Shown: positions 63,044 through 64,000 of the stretch, piece after piece | Layout: every line of letters starts with the position of its first letter | How positions within the stretch are numbered: position 1 is the first letter of the stretch | From: Blastocatellia bacterium | GTDB lineage: Bacteria; Acidobacteriota; Blastocatellia; UBA7656 | Direction: 5' to 3' | Length of the DNA: 64,000 nucleotides | NCBI GenBank assembly: GCA_035249305.1 | Contig: DATFGQ010000103.1 | Location: 6,542-70,541, forward strand | Translations under genes and position numbers: made by a program | The notes under the pieces: model-generated | What the model was told of the DNA's origin: nothing | The model's database searches: none | The model's input: only the letters and a program-made list of their open reading frames with translations

Positions 63044-64000
63044 CTAAAGCGTTCTCACCTCTTTAACCACCTGCCAGATCGAGTGAGAGCGGCGAATCCA
63101 CAAACGCAGCAGGTCTATCTTGAACCTGAAGCCGTCGGAAGAGTTTTTGTCTAACAGCTCGCGGCGGAACATCTCTTCCAGCGTCAGCCTTATGGAGTTC
63201 TCTGACAGGTGCACGGGGTAATCGTTGGCCTTGACTGAAGCGCGCAGCTCGCCGGCCGTGGCGTACGCGTTCCCGTCCGGCAGTATGTCGGCCAATAGCG
63301 ACAGCGACAGCTTCTCGTCGTCCGACAGCACGTCCCAGGTGTAGATCATCTGCGGCAGCGGGTTGTCGACCACGTCGGCGATGACTTCGCCGAGATGTGC
63401 GACCGTGACCCAGTTCCGCTCGTGCTCGTTCATGTAATCGACGAGGTTCTGGCAGATGACCTGCGTGTAGAAGGGCTGCCCGGCGGTCAGCCGGCAGACT
63501 GCATCTATCACGCCGCGGCCGTAGACTACGCGCCCCTCGACGGGCTCGGTGATTAAGCGGTGGGCGTCTTTTTCGGACAGGAAGCCGACCTTACGGAACA
63601 GCGACCGCCGCAACAGCTCGCGCCAGTATTTCTTGTCGCGCTCTTCCAGACGGCGCGAGCCGGTGAAGATCAGGGCCAGCCGCTCTTTGTTGTCCATCAG
63701 CCCGGCCAGGAACGTGAACAGCTCGGGCGAGAGCTTCCCCTCATCGACCTTGCCTTCCATCAGCTCGTACTCGTCCATCAATATCAGCAGCGTGCGGTCG
63801 CCTATCGCGGCAATCACCTCGTCGAGGAAGTCTAGAAAGACCGGGTAAGGGTTGCGGCCGTCGAACTGGGGCAGGCTCAATTCGAGCCTCGCCGCGCCCG
63901 CCGACGCGGCAGCGGCGCCCGTCGTATGAGCGTGCGCGGCCTGGCCTGCTTTCGCCACGCCCGCGCGCGCGACGGCTTCGGCTATCAAACGCGATACGCG
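63044..64000 (-). CDS. COG1672/ORC-Cdc6-type AAA ATPase, C-terminal part (5' end outside window)
   Basis: The frame stays open to base 64000. Walker B LLILMDEYE is present, then ...IFTGSRRLE... and ...GQPFYTQVICQNL... (sensor/lid-like), with a wHTH-like end. Walker A must lie beyond the window. The stop is 13 nt before the next gene. Confidence 0.75.
   Translation of the reverse strand, partial: RVSRLIAEAVARAGVAKAGQAAHAHTTGAAAASAGAARLELSLPQFDGRNPYPVFLDFLDEVIAAIGDRTLLILMDEYELMEGKVDEGKLSPELFTFLAGLMDNKERLALIFTGSRRLEERDKKYWRELLRRSLFRKVGFLSEKDAHRLITEPVEGRVVYGRGVIDAVCRLTAGQPFYTQVICQNLVDYMNEHERNWVTVAHLGEVIADVVDNPLPQMIYTWDVLSDDEKLSLSLLADILPDGNAYATAGELRASVKANDYPVHLSENSIRLTLEEMFRRELLDKNSSDGFRFKIDLLRLWIRRSHSIWQVVKEVRTL

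Overview
A 64-kb, visibly GC-rich bacterial chromosomal window in which third codon positions are almost all G/C. I call about 51 protein genes. I recognised no rRNA, tRNA, CRISPR array, transposase or integrase. The gene content includes a DUF1800/DUF1501 pair, GT39-type GT-C glycosyltransferases, delta-60/DUF11 proteins, a TPR-CHAT protein, several sigma/zf-HC2 anti-sigma pairs and many secreted M28/S9 peptidases. This suggests a soil Acidobacteriota-like organism, which is inference only because no database search was possible. Housekeeping blocks are a partial ATP synthase operon (b', b, delta, alpha, gamma; 35.9-40.0 kb), glyQS, cca, feoAB with a Fur-box-like operator, hutI, an HtrA/BON/MarR envelope cluster and a peptidase cluster. 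The accessory region at 5.6-22.5 kb is the most interesting part. Two inverted GT-C paralogues bracket two tandem fibre-like repeat proteins with phage-type S74 chaperone ends and two delta-60/DUF11 beta-propeller proteins. The same block holds a signal-peptide-bearing TPR-CHAT caspase-fold protease placed tail-to-tail with a zf-HC2 anti-sigma factor and an unusually long sigma factor. My top candidate for an undescribed system is this CHAT / anti-sigma / sigma trio. It may be a CRISPR-independent analogue of the type III-E Craspase-Csx30-RpoE logic, possibly controlling the neighbouring surface-fibre genes. Other leads are listed below.
- Tandem COG1672-type ATPases, the second fused to a Hanks kinase (61-64 kb).
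- An amidase paired with a Tat-signal GatC-like mini-protein.
- A DUF1800-DUF1501-HD (PhnZ-like) string next to an orphan HerA-like ATPase.
- A family of intergenic hairpins built from tandem heptamers (STRR-like), plus GC-rich REP-like hairpin clusters.
Many long ORFs in the six-frame track are Arg-rich antisense shadow ORFs typical of high-GC DNA, and I rejected them.
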